Shown in pieces: positions 41,640 to 55,256 of a DNA stretch of 64,000 bases. Made by a program: the position numbers and the translations under genes. The notes beneath the pieces are model-generated. The model did no database searches. It saw nothing but the letters and a program-made list of their open reading frames with translations, and had not been told where the DNA came from. This DNA comes from Octopus vulgaris (lineage: Eukaryota): positions 43,834,001 through 43,898,000 of the forward strand of contig OX597814.1 of assembly GCA_951406725.2 (NCBI GenBank), given 5' to 3'. The number at the start of each line of letters is the position of its first letter. Positions within the stretch are counted from its first letter, which is position 1.

Positions 41640-42570
41640 TCGTAGCTTGTTCACTACTTCCTTCGATCTTTTCGCGAACATATTATGTGACAGATATCTC
41701 TTCTCCAGCCAGATCTTGCTATCGAGGTGGTAACTAACCCACCCCTTACCAGAGACGAAGGTACTTGTCATTATAGCTCTTACACGCGTCTTCCATACTG
41801 TTTCTTTCAGTATGGCTACTAGGCAGACAAAACAAGCCTTCCTTTCCCGGTTAAGGTTAAGGAGGTGGCACACACTTGATAATAGACTCAGCCGATAACT
41901 GCACTGTTCCTAATTTTCAACAGTTGCTCGACATAATCATGATAATTCCGGACACTCCATGAAGGCGTGTATGACAGTTTCTCTGTCCCGTCCGGACCAC
42001 AGGCAAGAGACAACACATACATAAGTGGTGACAGGAGACATCTCTGACGAATTGAGCGTTGAATCTTGTACGGTTTTGAAAAAACAAAGCACGTTCACTC
42101 GGATGTTAGATTTGATGTTGCTGTACAAAGCAGCAATCCAACCGCAGAAAGTCGTGCCCAACCTGGCCTCACCGAGGACCGCCGCCAAGTCGACCCCATC
42201 AAATGCTTTAGACTGGTCTAAATGTACTAGTGCCCCACCTTTGCCAGAAATTTTCCCAACCGTCTGTAAGACTAGTATATAAGATGGAGATCATTGTGAA
42301 TTGATCTGCCACGGATAGCGCATGTTTGCGCCTCCCTGACAAGTGTGTCTACGACATGCGCCAACCTTTTTGCCAACACCTTGGCCAAAATCGTTAACTC
42401 TGTGTTTAGTAGAGTTATGGACTGAAAATGACTTATGATAGCCCACTCGCCCGGGTCCTTTCTAATCAACGTCACTACTCCACGGCTCGTAGATCTGGGA
42501 ATTCTCCCAGTTGACATAGATCCTGGACAGTAGGTGCCCAAAGAAGTCTGGAATACTTTTGTAAAACTCG
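41640..42570 (-). mobile_element. L1/Tx1-clade LINE relic with internal deletion
   Basis: RGVVTLIRKD...FQSITLLNTELTILAKVLAKRL...QTCAIRGRSIHNDL, then LDQSKAFDGV and WIAALYSNIKSNIRVN, joined directly to C-terminal C..DRETVIHAFMECP. Confidence 0.85.
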
Positions 42571-42639
42571 GCGAACTAATTTATCCACTTCAGTGAAATA
42601 TCTTTAACGTTTTCCCTAGAAAGACGGTATGCTGCTAGA

Positions 42640-43040
42640 ACCAATATAGCACGTCGGCCAAAATGCTTAGATGCATTTTGTCCGTTTTCAAGTCCTGAGT
42701 TCAAATTCTGCCCTGGTTTAGTTTGCCTTTCATCATTTTCAGGGTTGATAAAATGAGATCCAGTTGAAAACATTATCGACTTAACCACTTCCCCGAAATT
42801 GCTGTCACTGTGTCAATATCTGAAATCAATGTTTTCCCTAAAATGCCTTTGAGACGACAGGATCTTTAGCACGTCGGGGAAAATGTTTTGCCGTATTTCA
42901 CCTGTCTTTACTTTCTGCGTTCAAATTCCACTAAGATCGAGTTTGACTTTCAAACTTTCGGTGTCGATAACAATAAGTACCAGTTGATATAATCGACTTA
43001 TCCCTACCCAAGTCTGCTAGCCTTGTAACCAATTTGAAGC
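42640..43040 (+). mobile_element. Two tandem diverged family A-related SINEs
   Basis: Two repeats of tagcacgtcgg..aaatg...gttcaaattc...tttcatcattttcagggttgataaaatgag-like sequence. Confidence 0.7.
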
Positions 43041-43492
43041 CAGCATTTTCCTTAGAAGATATCACTACTCTCTACCTAGTCTGAATTTTGCCGAAGATTT
43101 CCCAAAATATATCACGAATGTTCTTTGAAATACAAATCTAGTATTTATAGTCAAACAGACCAACATATTTTTAGACTTCTTCCAACTAAATATAATGAAA
43201 AAAAGATTATTCCAAACAATGTGTCATTAACTTCTCTGCTGAAAAGTAAAAGAATAAGAAATATGTTGCATTATTGTATAGTTGGGTATAAATTAAATTC
43301 ATAAAGATTATTTGTTTCTAATAAAAAAAATACATAATTTCAATATCAAAAATACGTTTAACAACAGGAAAATCATAACTTTATATTTAATTTCAATCTT
43401 TCGCATCATAGTGAATGATAATTATTTACCGAAATGGACTTTCATACTTAATATAATGATAATTTTTTCCTCACCAACGGAAAGAGTATTAC

Positions 43493-43499
<7 letters not shown>

Positions 43500-43542
<43 letters not shown>

Positions 43543-43585
43543 GTGTGTGTATGTGTGTATGTGTGTGTGTATGCATGTATGTATG

Positions 43586-43641
<56 letters not shown>

Positions 43642-43700
43642 GAGAGATACATAGACACAGATACATAGAGATAGATAGAGATATGTATATATATATATAT

Positions 43701-43793
<93 letters not shown>
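43500..43793. repeat. Compound (AT)n/(AG)n/(AGAT)n microsatellite
   Basis: Directly visible. Confidence 0.95.
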
Positions 43794-43794
<1 letters not shown>

Positions 43795-44154
43795 TTTGTA
43801 CGCTTATTCTCTATTAAATATACAGTATCTGCAAGGTAGAAGTAAGGATGAAAACAAAAATTCTGGAAAATACAAGGGATTAAAAATATTAAGCATAAAT
43901 AGTATGTAAAAACGTTTTAAATTTTATTTCTTTTGCACAAACGAACATAGCAGAATTTAATCTGAAAACAGTTTCTGTGTACAACCAACGGCGCCGTGAA
44001 CATAGCAGAAGGAAGAATTCGTCAAAATTCCCTCAAGTAAATATTGTCTTTCATCTGTGGCTGTTCAGGGAAAATACTAAGAGAACCCTGAGGTGTTACA
44101 GTGAAATACAAACTGGAACACCTTATTTATAATAAGCCTGTTGATATATATATA

Positions 44155-45392
44155 CGAGGGGCGTTCAATAAGTAATGCCCCTGACCCACTTCCCCTAGCA
44201 GTAGAGCAACGAAACTTGGCACAGATATTAGTCTTTTTCTACATAGGAACCACCCAGAGTTACGCATTTCTCCCATCGTTTGATGCAGCTCTGGAGACCG
44301 TTTTTGTAGAAGACCCCAGCTTGGCCCTCCAACCACGACGTGCCTTCAGAATTCAAGGCTGCATCATCTGGGAAACGCTTTCCTTTCAAAAACAACTTCA
44401 TGGCTGGGAAGAGGTGAAAATCAGAGGGTGCAAGGTCAGGACAGATGGGGGAGGAGTTCATAGCCGCACGCCTGTGCTTCTGATCTGGCGACAAGCGAGT
44501 TGTGGACCGGAGCGTTGTCCTGCAAGAGGAGGATGCCTTTGCTGATCTTGCCCCGCCTCTTGATTTTGATAACTTCTCTTAATTTCCTCAAAAGTGAAGC
44601 ATAATAGGCTCCTGTAATTGTGGTACCCTTTGCCAGGAAATCTGTCATCACTACTCCGTCCTGGTCCCAGAAGACTGTGAGCATGACCTTGCCAGCGGAG
44701 GGTTGCACCCTTGCCTTCTTTGGAGGAGGTGAGTCACGGTGCTTTCACTGCATTGACTGGGCTTTGGTCTCTGGATCATAGTGATGGACCCAGGTTTCAT
44801 CCTGTGTAATCAGTCTTTTGAAAAATTTTGACTCATCTTCTTCGCACATCTCCAAATTCATCCTCGAGCACTCGACGCGTTCTTGCTTCTGGAAAGGTGT
44901 GAGTAACCCGGGAATCCATCTGGCAGACACCTTTTGCATATGCAAATGGTCATGAATGATAGTTTCCACAGACCCGGTACTAATCTTGACCTCATGGGCT
45001 ATTTGTCGAATAGTTATGCGTCGATCTTCCAAAATGGCAGCCTCAACTTGACGGACAGATGCCTCATCAATGGCAGAAGGGGGACGACCAGATCTGGGAG
45101 CTGTTTCCACAGAGTTCCGACCATGTTTGAATTCACGATGCCAGCGTTTTACAAGGTCATATGATGGGGCATCATCACCATAAGTTACTTTCATTTCATC
45201 AAAAGTCTCCCATGGTGTGCGTCCTTTCAAATACAAAAACCGGATCACTGCTCGACACTCAACAGGCTCCATTTCACACTTGACTCAGTTCAAACACCTG
45301 TAAATCATAAACCACAATTAGTTCATGCAAACTTTCAGCTAGATCAAACAACTGCAAGTGGGTCAGAGGCATTACTTATTGAACGCCCCTCG
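44155..45392 (-). mobile_element. Full-length mariner (DD34D, irritans-like) transposon
   Basis: 37 bp TIRs CGAGGGGCGTTCAATAAGTAATGCC(C/T)CTGACCCACTT with one mismatch, TA duplicated on both sides, length 1238 bp. Confidence 0.97.
44228..45272 (-). pseudogene. Mariner transposase with one nonsense codon and one frameshift
   Basis: Motifs WIPGLL, TQDETWVHHYDPE, PSAGKVMLTVFWD, LLQDNAPVH and PDLAPSDFHLF. TGA at 44745-44747 replaces a conserved W, and there is a deletion of about 8 nt at about 44443. Confidence 0.95.
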
Positions 45393-45831
45393 TATATATA
45401 ACATTTAAATAAATAAAATTTGTTCATCGGAAAATACAGAAAACATGAACGCATAACCAACTTTGGTTTCAGCATATCTTTTAATTGATATTCATATACG
45501 CATTACTGTACATATTTCATGTCACTAATTTAGCTTTTGTGTTTTCGTATATATATTATCCCCCATCCCGGAAGATGAGCAATTATTTCCCCTGTCCCCA
45601 ATAATAATAATCACCAATTACCTCCACGTAGAGTTTTCTAAGTGTTGAATCAATCATTAACAAATTTCTCCGCACACAGCATGAACTAAAGTCTTCTTAA
45701 GAAATTACAATAATTTCAATGTCATGATTGTCGAAAGCGAAACCGGTCGGCAAACACAATACTCATTCGTTTATAAAATATATTTTAAAATATATTAAAA
45801 ATATGTAAACTGTGTTTATTTTCCTCCTTTT

Positions 45832-45903
<72 letters not shown>

Positions 45904-45911
45904 TATATACA

Positions 45912-46197
45912 TAGGCGTAGGAGGGGCTGCGTGGTAAGTAGCTTGCTGACCAACCAAATGGTCCCGGGTTCAGTCCCACTGCGTAGCACCTTGGGCAAGT
46001 GCCTTCTACTATGACCTCGGGCCGACCAAAACTTTGTGAGTGGATTTGGTAGACGGAAACTGAAAGAAGCCCGTCGTATATACGTATATATATATATATA
46101 TATATGTATGCGTGTGTATATGTTTGTTTGTCTGTGTTTGTCTCCCCAACATCGCTCGACAACTGATGCTGGTGCGTTTACGCCCCCGTAACTTAGA
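45912..46197 (+). mobile_element. CORE-type SINE, family B, 3'-truncated
   Basis: Matches 19143-19420. Confidence 0.88.
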
Positions 46198-46299
46198 GAT
46201 CCGGATTCCGCTAGTGTGCGTGTGTAAGTTTGTATCACTTGGAAAAATCAAACGCTGCAAAGTTTCTGCTTATGCCAATTTACTGTGGGTGTTTAGCAG

Positions 46300-47350
46300 T
46301 TATTTCAGTTTAATGTGACCGCCATTCGCTTTTTTTACCAGTTCGATCTGTTTACGAAATGATGCGCATGCCATGGCTATTTCTTTCTTTGTAATTTCAC
46401 CGAATCCTCGCTTGATCGAAACATTCAATGAAGACACACAGCCAAACATCATATGGATTCAAATCTGGTGAATTGGAAGACCTCATATATTTAGGAACAA
46501 ACATGGGCAATTCCTTCTTCAGAAATTCTTGCACTCTTTTTGAAGATTGGGCGAGCACGGCGACCTGTACAAACCTGAATCGACCTTGCATCATGATGCC
46601 TCCTAATCCAAAGTAACAAAACTTCTAAGGTTTTGAAATACTCTGCTGTGTTGATTTTAATACTCGCTTCAATAAAATGTTGAGGCATCACTTTTCCGTC
46701 ACTAGCAACAACTCCAAGGACCATAATGGAAGCCAGATTTCTGCTATGCATAGCTAAACAGACGTGCGCAATCACTCGTGAGATTTGACGGTTTACATCC
46801 AGGAAGATGCGGACATCTGCGCCATGATGTTTCAGGTGACTAAGAAGTTTCGGACTTCTTTGAGCTCAAATGGCCTTCGAGCGGGTAGTTGGGATGTTAC
46901 TGTGTCTCCTCACGTAAGCTTTCATATGCAGGTCTCGTCTCATAGCCCTAGAAACGGTCATTTTACAGGTTCCCCGATCGAGAGCCAAATTCATCATCGA
47001 TTTTCATGATTTCGATTCAATCGATCTCTTAAGTTCTGTTAAGGAGTGAGATGTGTATTTTCGGTTGCTACGTGGACTGTGAGGCTTTCTTTGAACACCC
47101 TGACTTTGCTTCAAATTGGCTGCAACGCTAAAAACAGTAGATTTAGCATACTTTGTGATATTAACAATTTCCCCAGCACTTTTGCCAACACGAAATCATT
47201 CGGAAACCCCACATCTGCGGCTAAATTCTTATTTAACATTCATAGTTTGTTCAGTCTAGAATACAAAATAGCACAAGTGATTATTGAAGCTGGTAATATT
47301 TAAAATTTAGACTCCTACAAAATCAATACAATTAGAAATATATCCATTTG
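46300..47350 (-). mobile_element. Decayed maT/DD37D-like transposase
   Basis: IMVLGVVASDGKVMPQHFIEASIKINTAEY and SKRVQEFLKKELPMFVPKYMRSSNSPDLNP..VW. TIRs not identified. Confidence 0.75.
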
Positions 47351-47399
47351 AGATTTGTCCCAATTTATCTGTTATATACTTACGATGTGGTAAAAGTTT

Positions 47400-48228
47400 C
47401 TTGGAGTGATTTTGTTTAATAAGAGATAACTTATTTACCTACGTTTTAAAGTCATCAACTTCGGAATACGCAGGATTACACCATTCCCAGCGTTCTCGCC
47501 ACGTTTTTATCCGACCTGGAAGTTATTTTCTGTAACCCAATCAAGGATCTTCTGCGATTGATTGTAGATCTCGAAATCGCTATTAAAACAGTGACTTTTG
47601 AGCTGCATTTTCATCTTCAGAAAGAAATGGAAGTCCGCATGTGCTAAATTGGGAGAATAGGGTGGATGCAGATGCGATACTGCGTTTTTTTCTTTTTTGC
47701 GAGAAATTCACGAGTGAGCGGGGCTCGTTGAAGTATCCACATCTTAGCGCTCCACAGATCGGGGCGCTTTCGCCTAATGTCCTTCCTCAAACTCTTCAAA
47801 ACATCGCAGTAAAGCCCTCAGTTGATGGTCTATGTCTGGCGGACGAATTTTTGATGCACATTACATTTCTGCGGGTGACGCTCATAGCAGGTCCTCCAGA
47901 TTGCTTATCGTCTTCCAGAGAAGTTTTTCCGCTTTTGAAGCACCCATGTCACTCGAAGCATTGCGTATGATCCATTGCCTCGTCTCCGTAGTTTACGTGC
48001 TCAATATCTCTGTAGAAGGCTTCCCAAAGATTAACACAAAATATTATGTTGGGTCTTTTCCTTGTCTATTACAAAATCGTAAACTACAACATAAACGAAA
48101 CCACAAAAACACAAATTTCACAGCGATGTAACTCTGCACACTGTCTCATGAGGATCACTGCTAGCTCTCATTGCGTGAGCAACCATATGCCGCCATATTT
48201 TGTCGAGCTACAGAACTAGTCCGGTAAA
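47400..48228 (-). mobile_element. Decayed, internally deleted mariner
   Basis: FCVNLGK..TEIL, CFEWHGCFKSGKTSLEDDKQSGGP and HPPYSPNLAHADFHFFLKMK. Confidence 0.8.
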
Positions 48229-48629
48229 TTATTCTATTCTACTCTAGGCACAATGCCCGAAATTTGTGGGGAGGGGGCCGTCGATTAGATCGGCCCCAGT
48301 ATGCGACTGATACGTAATTTAGAGACTCCGAAAGGATGAAAGGCAAAGTCGACCTCGGCGGTATTTGAACTCAGAACATAAAGACAGACGAAATACCTAT
48401 TTCTTTACTACACACAAGGGGCTAAACACAGAGGGGACAAACAAGGACAGACAAACGAATTAAGTCGATTATATCGACCCCAGTGCGTAACTGGTACATA
48501 TTTAATCGACGCCGAAAGGATGAAAGGCAAAGTTGACCTCGGCGGAATTTGAACTCAGAACGTTGCGGCACACGAAATACCGCTAAGCATTTCGCCCGAT
48601 GTACTAACGTTTCGGCCAGCTCGCCGTCT
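48229..48629 (-). mobile_element. Dimeric or chimeric SINE: full family A monomer joined to a headless monomer with a different tail
   Basis: 48397-48629 is family A. 48229-48396 repeats the B box and core but ends in ...cccctccccacaaatttcgggcattgtgcctagagtag. Confidence 0.8.
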
Positions 48630-48785
48630 TAGTTCAGTAAATTATTGATATTACGTCATATATGTGAGTCTGCGTGTTTACGCGAGCATGTGTGTCGGTA
48701 TATATGCACGCGTGTTCGTGAATGTATTTGTGTGGGTGTATGTATGCGCGTGTTTGTGGGAGTGTCTGTGAGTATTTGTGTGTGT

Positions 48786-48833
<48 letters not shown>

Positions 48834-50149
48834 GGTCGGGGTGCATCATATGTATGTGCATATTCATGTATTTGAAGTTATACCGTAATAAACATTCTAT
48901 ACTCAGTGTGGCAAAGACGGTTAATGTAAAATCAGCGCTTAGAACACTCATTGGTATCTATAGTTAATGACTTGAAAGATCTCTTGATGGATTCGGTAAA
49001 AGAATAATAACCGTTGCTGTTTTCCTTGTTTTCCTCAAGTGTATTCTACTTCATACGTTAATATATCCTAAAAAGTTTTACTTTACATTTTGCTTATTTC
49101 TCTATATCTTGATGTTGTATTCTATAATTTATATGAATGTGCACTCCAGTTTTGAAGCTAACTTTTACATTACATCAGAAACAATTATATCTCAGATTCG
49201 TTCCCGCAGTAGATAAAACTGAAGTGAAAACAATCCGATTATTGATACAACCTCGTATATGTGTGTCTTTGTGTGTGTGCGAGCGTGTGTGTCAGTGGGT
49301 TAGATATATATATATATTTATGTATATACACACACATTTATCCATGATGAGAAATTTGCTTTTATAAATATAACTTCTTAAATTATATGCGTAATGTAGT
49401 ATACACGCAGAAAATGGAATGGGTTTGCTTTTGCTTTTATATAATCAAGCATATATTTGAACATCCTTCTTTATGTGTCTCTGCGTACGTATGCATTTGT
49501 GCCTGTGTAATATATATTTTAAGCAACTCTATTTCGCTGCAAAGCAAGAAATGTAAAAACGTCAAGACTGGATTGTGGTTACTCAGTGAAAAGTTGCCAA
49601 CAAAATCACTCTGGTTTTCAAAAGATCAAGAAACGCTAGGTCATGCTTGCTTAATAAAAAGTTTCGTAACACTAAAGCATTCAAGGATATCAAGTAATTT
49701 ATTCTTCACAGCTTAAATATGCACAACATTCTACACTCTATATATCTATATCTAATTGCATCTACTTGAATAAGAGTTTCAGATTTGTTCTTCTGTTTCA
49801 TTTTAGATGCTGCAGCACATCTCGGTGGAGTATAAGCCTTTGGGGATGTTAGTTCTAACACCAAACTTGAACGTGCGCTAATCGACACCTGCGGAAGAAA
49901 TATGAGCAGTGAGAGAACTTTCGATTACCGAATTTTTGAAAGCGAATCACGAGGTGTACAAATTTGTGTTTCATCTTAAGTGGTGGACCAAAGACGTTTC
50001 TTTCCTAGTATCATGTCTGATAATTATTTTCAGGGAAGGAGCAGAAAGGAAATGATTTATGCCATGAGCTCAACCAGCTCAGAATAGCAAAGATACATGT
50101 AATAAATTTGGAAAATCAGGTAGATGAAGCAACAGAATTGTGCCTGGGG

Positions 50150-51200
50150 ATAATATTATACTCATGGAACGAGCTTTTTTTCTTTCCTGAATACTGTCGG
50201 CACAATCAGGCTCTCATATATACATCTTTTCGATTTCGTACTCAACCTTTTATCTTTCAGCATACCTTTCACAACACCAAGTATCTTACTCCCCTTCCTC
50301 ACTCTGTATCCCATGTCCTCAGCCACCCCAATCCTCCGTTACATGTGACCCGAGATACTTACAAACACTCACCTCCTCTAAAATCTCACCATTTATATTC
50401 ACATCCATCCTACCAGCCATTACATCTCTCGAATATTTCGTCACCTTACTCTTAGCTACATTCACTTTACTTTCTTCCTCTCATACACTTTTCCAAACCC
50501 TACAACCAGTCTCCCTAGTGGCTATTCCGAATCCGCCACCAGTGCTGTATCATCAACAAACAACAACTGACTCACCTGCCATCTCTCTCCGTTTTATTCC
50601 AACATTTGCGCTCCTCTACCAAGGGTTCTATCATTTACCTCTCTCACCACACCATCCATATATAAACAGCCACGGAGACATCACATAACCCTGTTTTAAC
50701 CCCACCTTCACATCAAACCACTCACTTCACAACGCAAATTTAAGCACGTCCTACTTTCTCTATAAAAATTCTGAACAGATCTCAAAAATCTATCATCTAC
50801 TCCATACACCCGCAACACCTGTCACATTGCATCCATATCCACTCGGTCATATACCTTCTCTAGTCATACAAAGGTCCGCTACACCTCCATCCTTTTTTCT
50901 AAGAACTTCTCACACATCTGTCTTACAACAAATATTTGATCAGCGACTCCTAAAGCCACACTGCTCCTCCCCTAGTTCTTTTTCTGTCTGGTTTCTCATC
51001 CTAACAATCAGAATTCCCCATACATCTTACCAACCACACACAACAGACTTCTTTCCCTAAAATTTCCACACTCACATTTATCCCCTTTCCCCTTGTACAG
51101 TGACGCTATATATACACTGCACAGTCCTCTGGTACTCTTCCAGCCATATAACAATAATTCATAAGCCTTAATCACTGTTTCTTTAGGCATGTCTTCAGTT
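50150..51200 (-). mobile_element. RTE-clade LINE RT fragment
   Basis: LYKGKGDKCECGNFR..SLLCVVGKMY, EEQCGFRS, VGLKQGYVMSPWLF.YMDGVVRE and QLLFVDDTALVADSE. Confidence 0.88.
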
Positions 51201-52989
51201 TGCAATCTGTCGCAAGGACTCCCTCAGCTCCCCTCTTCGAATTGCACTGTAGTTCCATTCCCCAACAACAGGCATTCTCTTCTCTCCGCCTGCAGCCACT
51301 AACCTTGCCTTCCCAACTAATACGCCTACATAATCAAGAATTTATCGTAAGGAAAAGCACTTCAGCATTTCATAAGCGCTTAGTGTTTGTGTGTGTGTGT
51401 TTCTGTGTGTAGGTGTTGTGGGGGGATACAAGCCCTTATTTATAATAAGTAATTGTTGTACCAGAGCAATAACTGACAGCTTCTCATACGTATTGATTAA
51501 TGCATTCGAAATGAAATACGGACAGTATCAGCGAAGTATTGTACGGGAATATAACATTTTATTATTAACTCCCTGCCACTGCCACAAGTTTCCGTGTAAC
51601 GCGTCCCTATGACTTTCCAATTGAATAAAATATTCTGTATGATGTGTAGTTCTTTTTATGACATTGGCATCTGATATCAAATGCGACCAAAGCAACCCAG
51701 AATACCAGCGAAGTTACGAAGCAGCATCTTTTGATAGTTTATATCACGTTTTACAATGTCTGAAAGAATATTCCTTCGAAATTGTGAGAATGGATTGTCT
51801 GCAATTTAGCGCTAAATATTCAGGTAATGATAAATATCGAGAAGATAATTAGCAATTAAATCCCGTTAATTATAAAAGCATTGAGAAGAGAATGATACAG
51901 TGTATGTTTTTACTTCTAGGTTTACGATGAAAAGTGAAAGAATTTCCACAGAAATACAAGTTAATAACTATTAATACCCTACCAATTATTTTGAATCAGA
52001 TAAATCCATTGATAGAATGGCTATTCAAATCTATATTTAAACACCTTACAGGAAATGCAAATTTAAACTTGATTTGTTAAATAGAAACCCATACTTTTCC
52101 TGTTCTTATTATACATTAATGTACAAGGCGTTTGACTGTCTTGCAAGTATATATTCTGTTATCGATTTAAACTACAAATTCTTAAGTTTATTATTTTTAG
52201 TCATTGTATTGAAACGTATTTTCAACCGCTTTATAACTGGGTACAGACAATTGCCAACTGTTTCTATAATAAGTATTGATTTCCTGCTACAATAAACCAA
52301 CCCATGCTTAAGGTACTAAAAGTAGGCAGAGAGTAAAAGAGAAGAAAAAAAAAAGCAATATAAAGCTGCGTATGCACTCGAATTGATTGGTTATTATTGC
52401 TCAACTGAATACCCGGTATTTATAAGTAATTTTTACGATATTCTTTCTAAGAATTAAAGAGATGTGTTGCAGTTTTTGCTACGACCTTGATACCAGAGTT
52501 ATTGTGTTGTGCTACTTTTATTGTGGTTAATGTTTATTCTTTTCATTACTATTTACTGTTGTTGTTCCTGAAGATATATTTGAGGCAGTCATTTTTTGCT
52601 TTTGTTGATGTATTTGCTGTCATTGTTATCGTATACTCCTTCCTGTTGTTATTGTTGTTGTTAATGCTTTTGTATCAAATCAATATGATTTAGACTAAAA
52701 ATAACAAAAAACGGATAAGATGCAGAAAAATATGATTGTGTCTTGACATGAGATTGCTTTTATTTTCTCAGGAACACATACAGTGTTTTTTGGGTGGGTT
52801 TTTAATGTTAAGGTTAAATATAAAAGAAAATAATAGTAAACCAGTGGTAGTAATGGAAATATGACACAAACTATAATTCCTGGAGTTGAAATGAATTTAC
52901 AGATTTCAAGAAAGACCTGTCATCACGTATTTAAAAACGCAGAGGAGACATAATATTTCTCTTCAATACACGTTACTGGCATATGTATG

Positions 52990-53035
<46 letters not shown>

Positions 53036-53175
53036 AGAGATGTTGGTATCCAGAAGACCCAAGGTTGCATGTAACGCTATGTAAGTCTCATGGGAGGAAC
53101 GTACTTAAACTCTCGGTACGATAATGATACGAGTGAGGAGTCTAATGCGGGTCTTGTATGAGCATGTATATGTTG

Positions 53176-53479
53176 ACTAAAATGAGACAGCAAAGCCAAG
53201 GCTGTGTTGAATTTTCAGGACGTTTATAAAGAGAAAGTTAGTCTTACAGCTGTTTCTGGGAATTTAGGGATTCCCTTCATCAGAGACGATGTGGGGTGGT
53301 TAAATAGAGAGAAATAATGAACTATAATATTTCTCTCTATTTAACCATCTCACATCGTCTCTGATGAAGGGATATTCCTAATATCCCAGAGAGAGAGAGA
53401 GAGCTGTAAGGCTAACTTTTTCTTTATACATGTCCTGAAAATACCACACATCTGTAGCTTTGTTGTCTCATCTAATTTA
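53176..53479. mobile_element. Fold-back PLE end (inverted arms of about 140-150 bp, 11 nt spacer) with a hammerhead in each arm
   Basis: ...catcagagacgatgtggggtggttaaatagagagaaata [atgaactataa] tatttctctctatttaaccatctcacatcgtctctgatg... Confidence 0.85.
53241..53287 (-). ncRNA. Type I hammerhead ribozyme, minimal stem III
   Basis: gtct CTGATGA a gggaat ccctaa attccc a GAAA C agct G TA agac. The core is canonical, there is an A.A mismatch at the base of stem II, and the loop is palindromic CAGCTG. Confidence 0.8.
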
Positions 53480-53599
53480 ACATATGTGTGTATCTCTCTC
53501 TTTGTATATATATATATATATATATATATAAATATACAGCTTATCCACCTACACACACACAAACACATACTCTCTCTTTCATACTCACACACACACACT

Positions 53600-53651
<52 letters not shown>

Positions 53652-55256
53652 TATAATATGAGAGAAATAAAGATTAAAAAATAGATGTCTTACTTGGATG
53701 AATACATATACACAGTGAGTGAGAGGAGAGAGAGAGAGAGAGGGGAAGAAAGACAGGCAGACAGATTGATAGACAGACAGACAGATAGACAGACAGACAG
53801 ATAGACAGACAGACAGATAGATAGATAGATAAATTGAGGTAGCGCGCGAGAAAGCAGTTTATGTTAAGGTACGTGTATTTCCCAACGTGTACGTAGATGC
53901 ATTTTGACAGAAAATATTCCAGGATGAACAACATGAAGCAACCTTTCATGCATTGATAACGTGCAAGAAACAGTGTGGATGCCTCGAGCTTGTCCTTATG
54001 TATTTCTCTGTTTACTTTCAGTTATTCTTTCTGAATATTGTATAACGGATATTTGTTGCTATCACAACAACTGAATATATAATCAATGTTTCTTTTTACA
54101 TGATTATTTGCTATTCTTTCTGAATTCAAACAAAAATTGTAAACTGTGCAATGTAGCATATCTAAAATTTCTATAATAAAAAGGTGTTATAAACTAATTA
54201 CTACCAGCAATAATTTCTACTAAAATAATCCAGACGGGACATATGCTTGGAGAAGAATTTCGGGAGAGTATGCATTGCTATATGACAGTATTCGAAACTT
54301 ACTGCGTATCATTGACATATAGTTCCATATAAAATAACAGAGCCCTGAATCGAACAACTCCTACCCCTCAAGTCTATCATTAAATCACAAAGAGATCAGT
54401 TATACGCACGTCACAAAAATGGCAAAAATAAAATATAATCTCAACATTAGTTGACTTTGTCTTCAGTATAATACAACTTTAATATAGTAAATTATCATAG
54501 CTAGGTTACTTTTGTTCATAGGCACCTTCACTCCGGGATGATTTGCGGTTAAACACAGCTACAATGAAAATACTCCCACTAACGGGCGTGTTATATACCA
54601 TATTCTTACTCCAATCAAAGTCATTGAAAATATCACCAATCTTCTGTTGAACAATTAGCTTTCGAAAGTAAATCACGATGAATGTATACATGTTGTTTAT
54701 TAGTTTTATTCTTGATACGAGGCTTAGAAAGACATACACCTGTTTTATCTAGGAAAAAGAGTTAACTTCTACACTATGATCAGATTATGTGAAATAGCCG
54801 AACAGATTTTTGGCAGCTCGTTTAAATGTCATGAATATTATGACATAGTGTCATACATAGAATCGTGTCGATAAATTCAGCATCGAAAGGCATCAGGCAG
54901 AGACACATGTATTACATGAGATAAAAACACTCGAAGAAATAGAAACAGTTACAACTTCAAAATACACCCACATAATGGGTGGTTATCAATGGAGACCTTA
55001 CGTATATATATATATATAAGCAAGGAAAAATTGTAAAAATGCAGAATGCTCGATTGAAAGAAAATTTTAATGAAATGAGAAAATGAAAAAAATATATAAA
55101 TATATATTTATTCAAACCGGTTTTCGTATTAGTTTGACTTATCAAGAATAGTTAGGTGAAAATGTTTTTTAAAAATGAGAACGGGGAAAAAAAGTTGCAT
55201 TGTTTTTTGCAAAAGAATAATAATAAATATGTATAAAAATAAAAAAATAAAAAAAT

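Noticed and set aside
45720-45760. GAAACCGGTC, resembling the 3' half of a hammerhead
   Set aside because: No CUGANGA-like core or stem I partner upstream.
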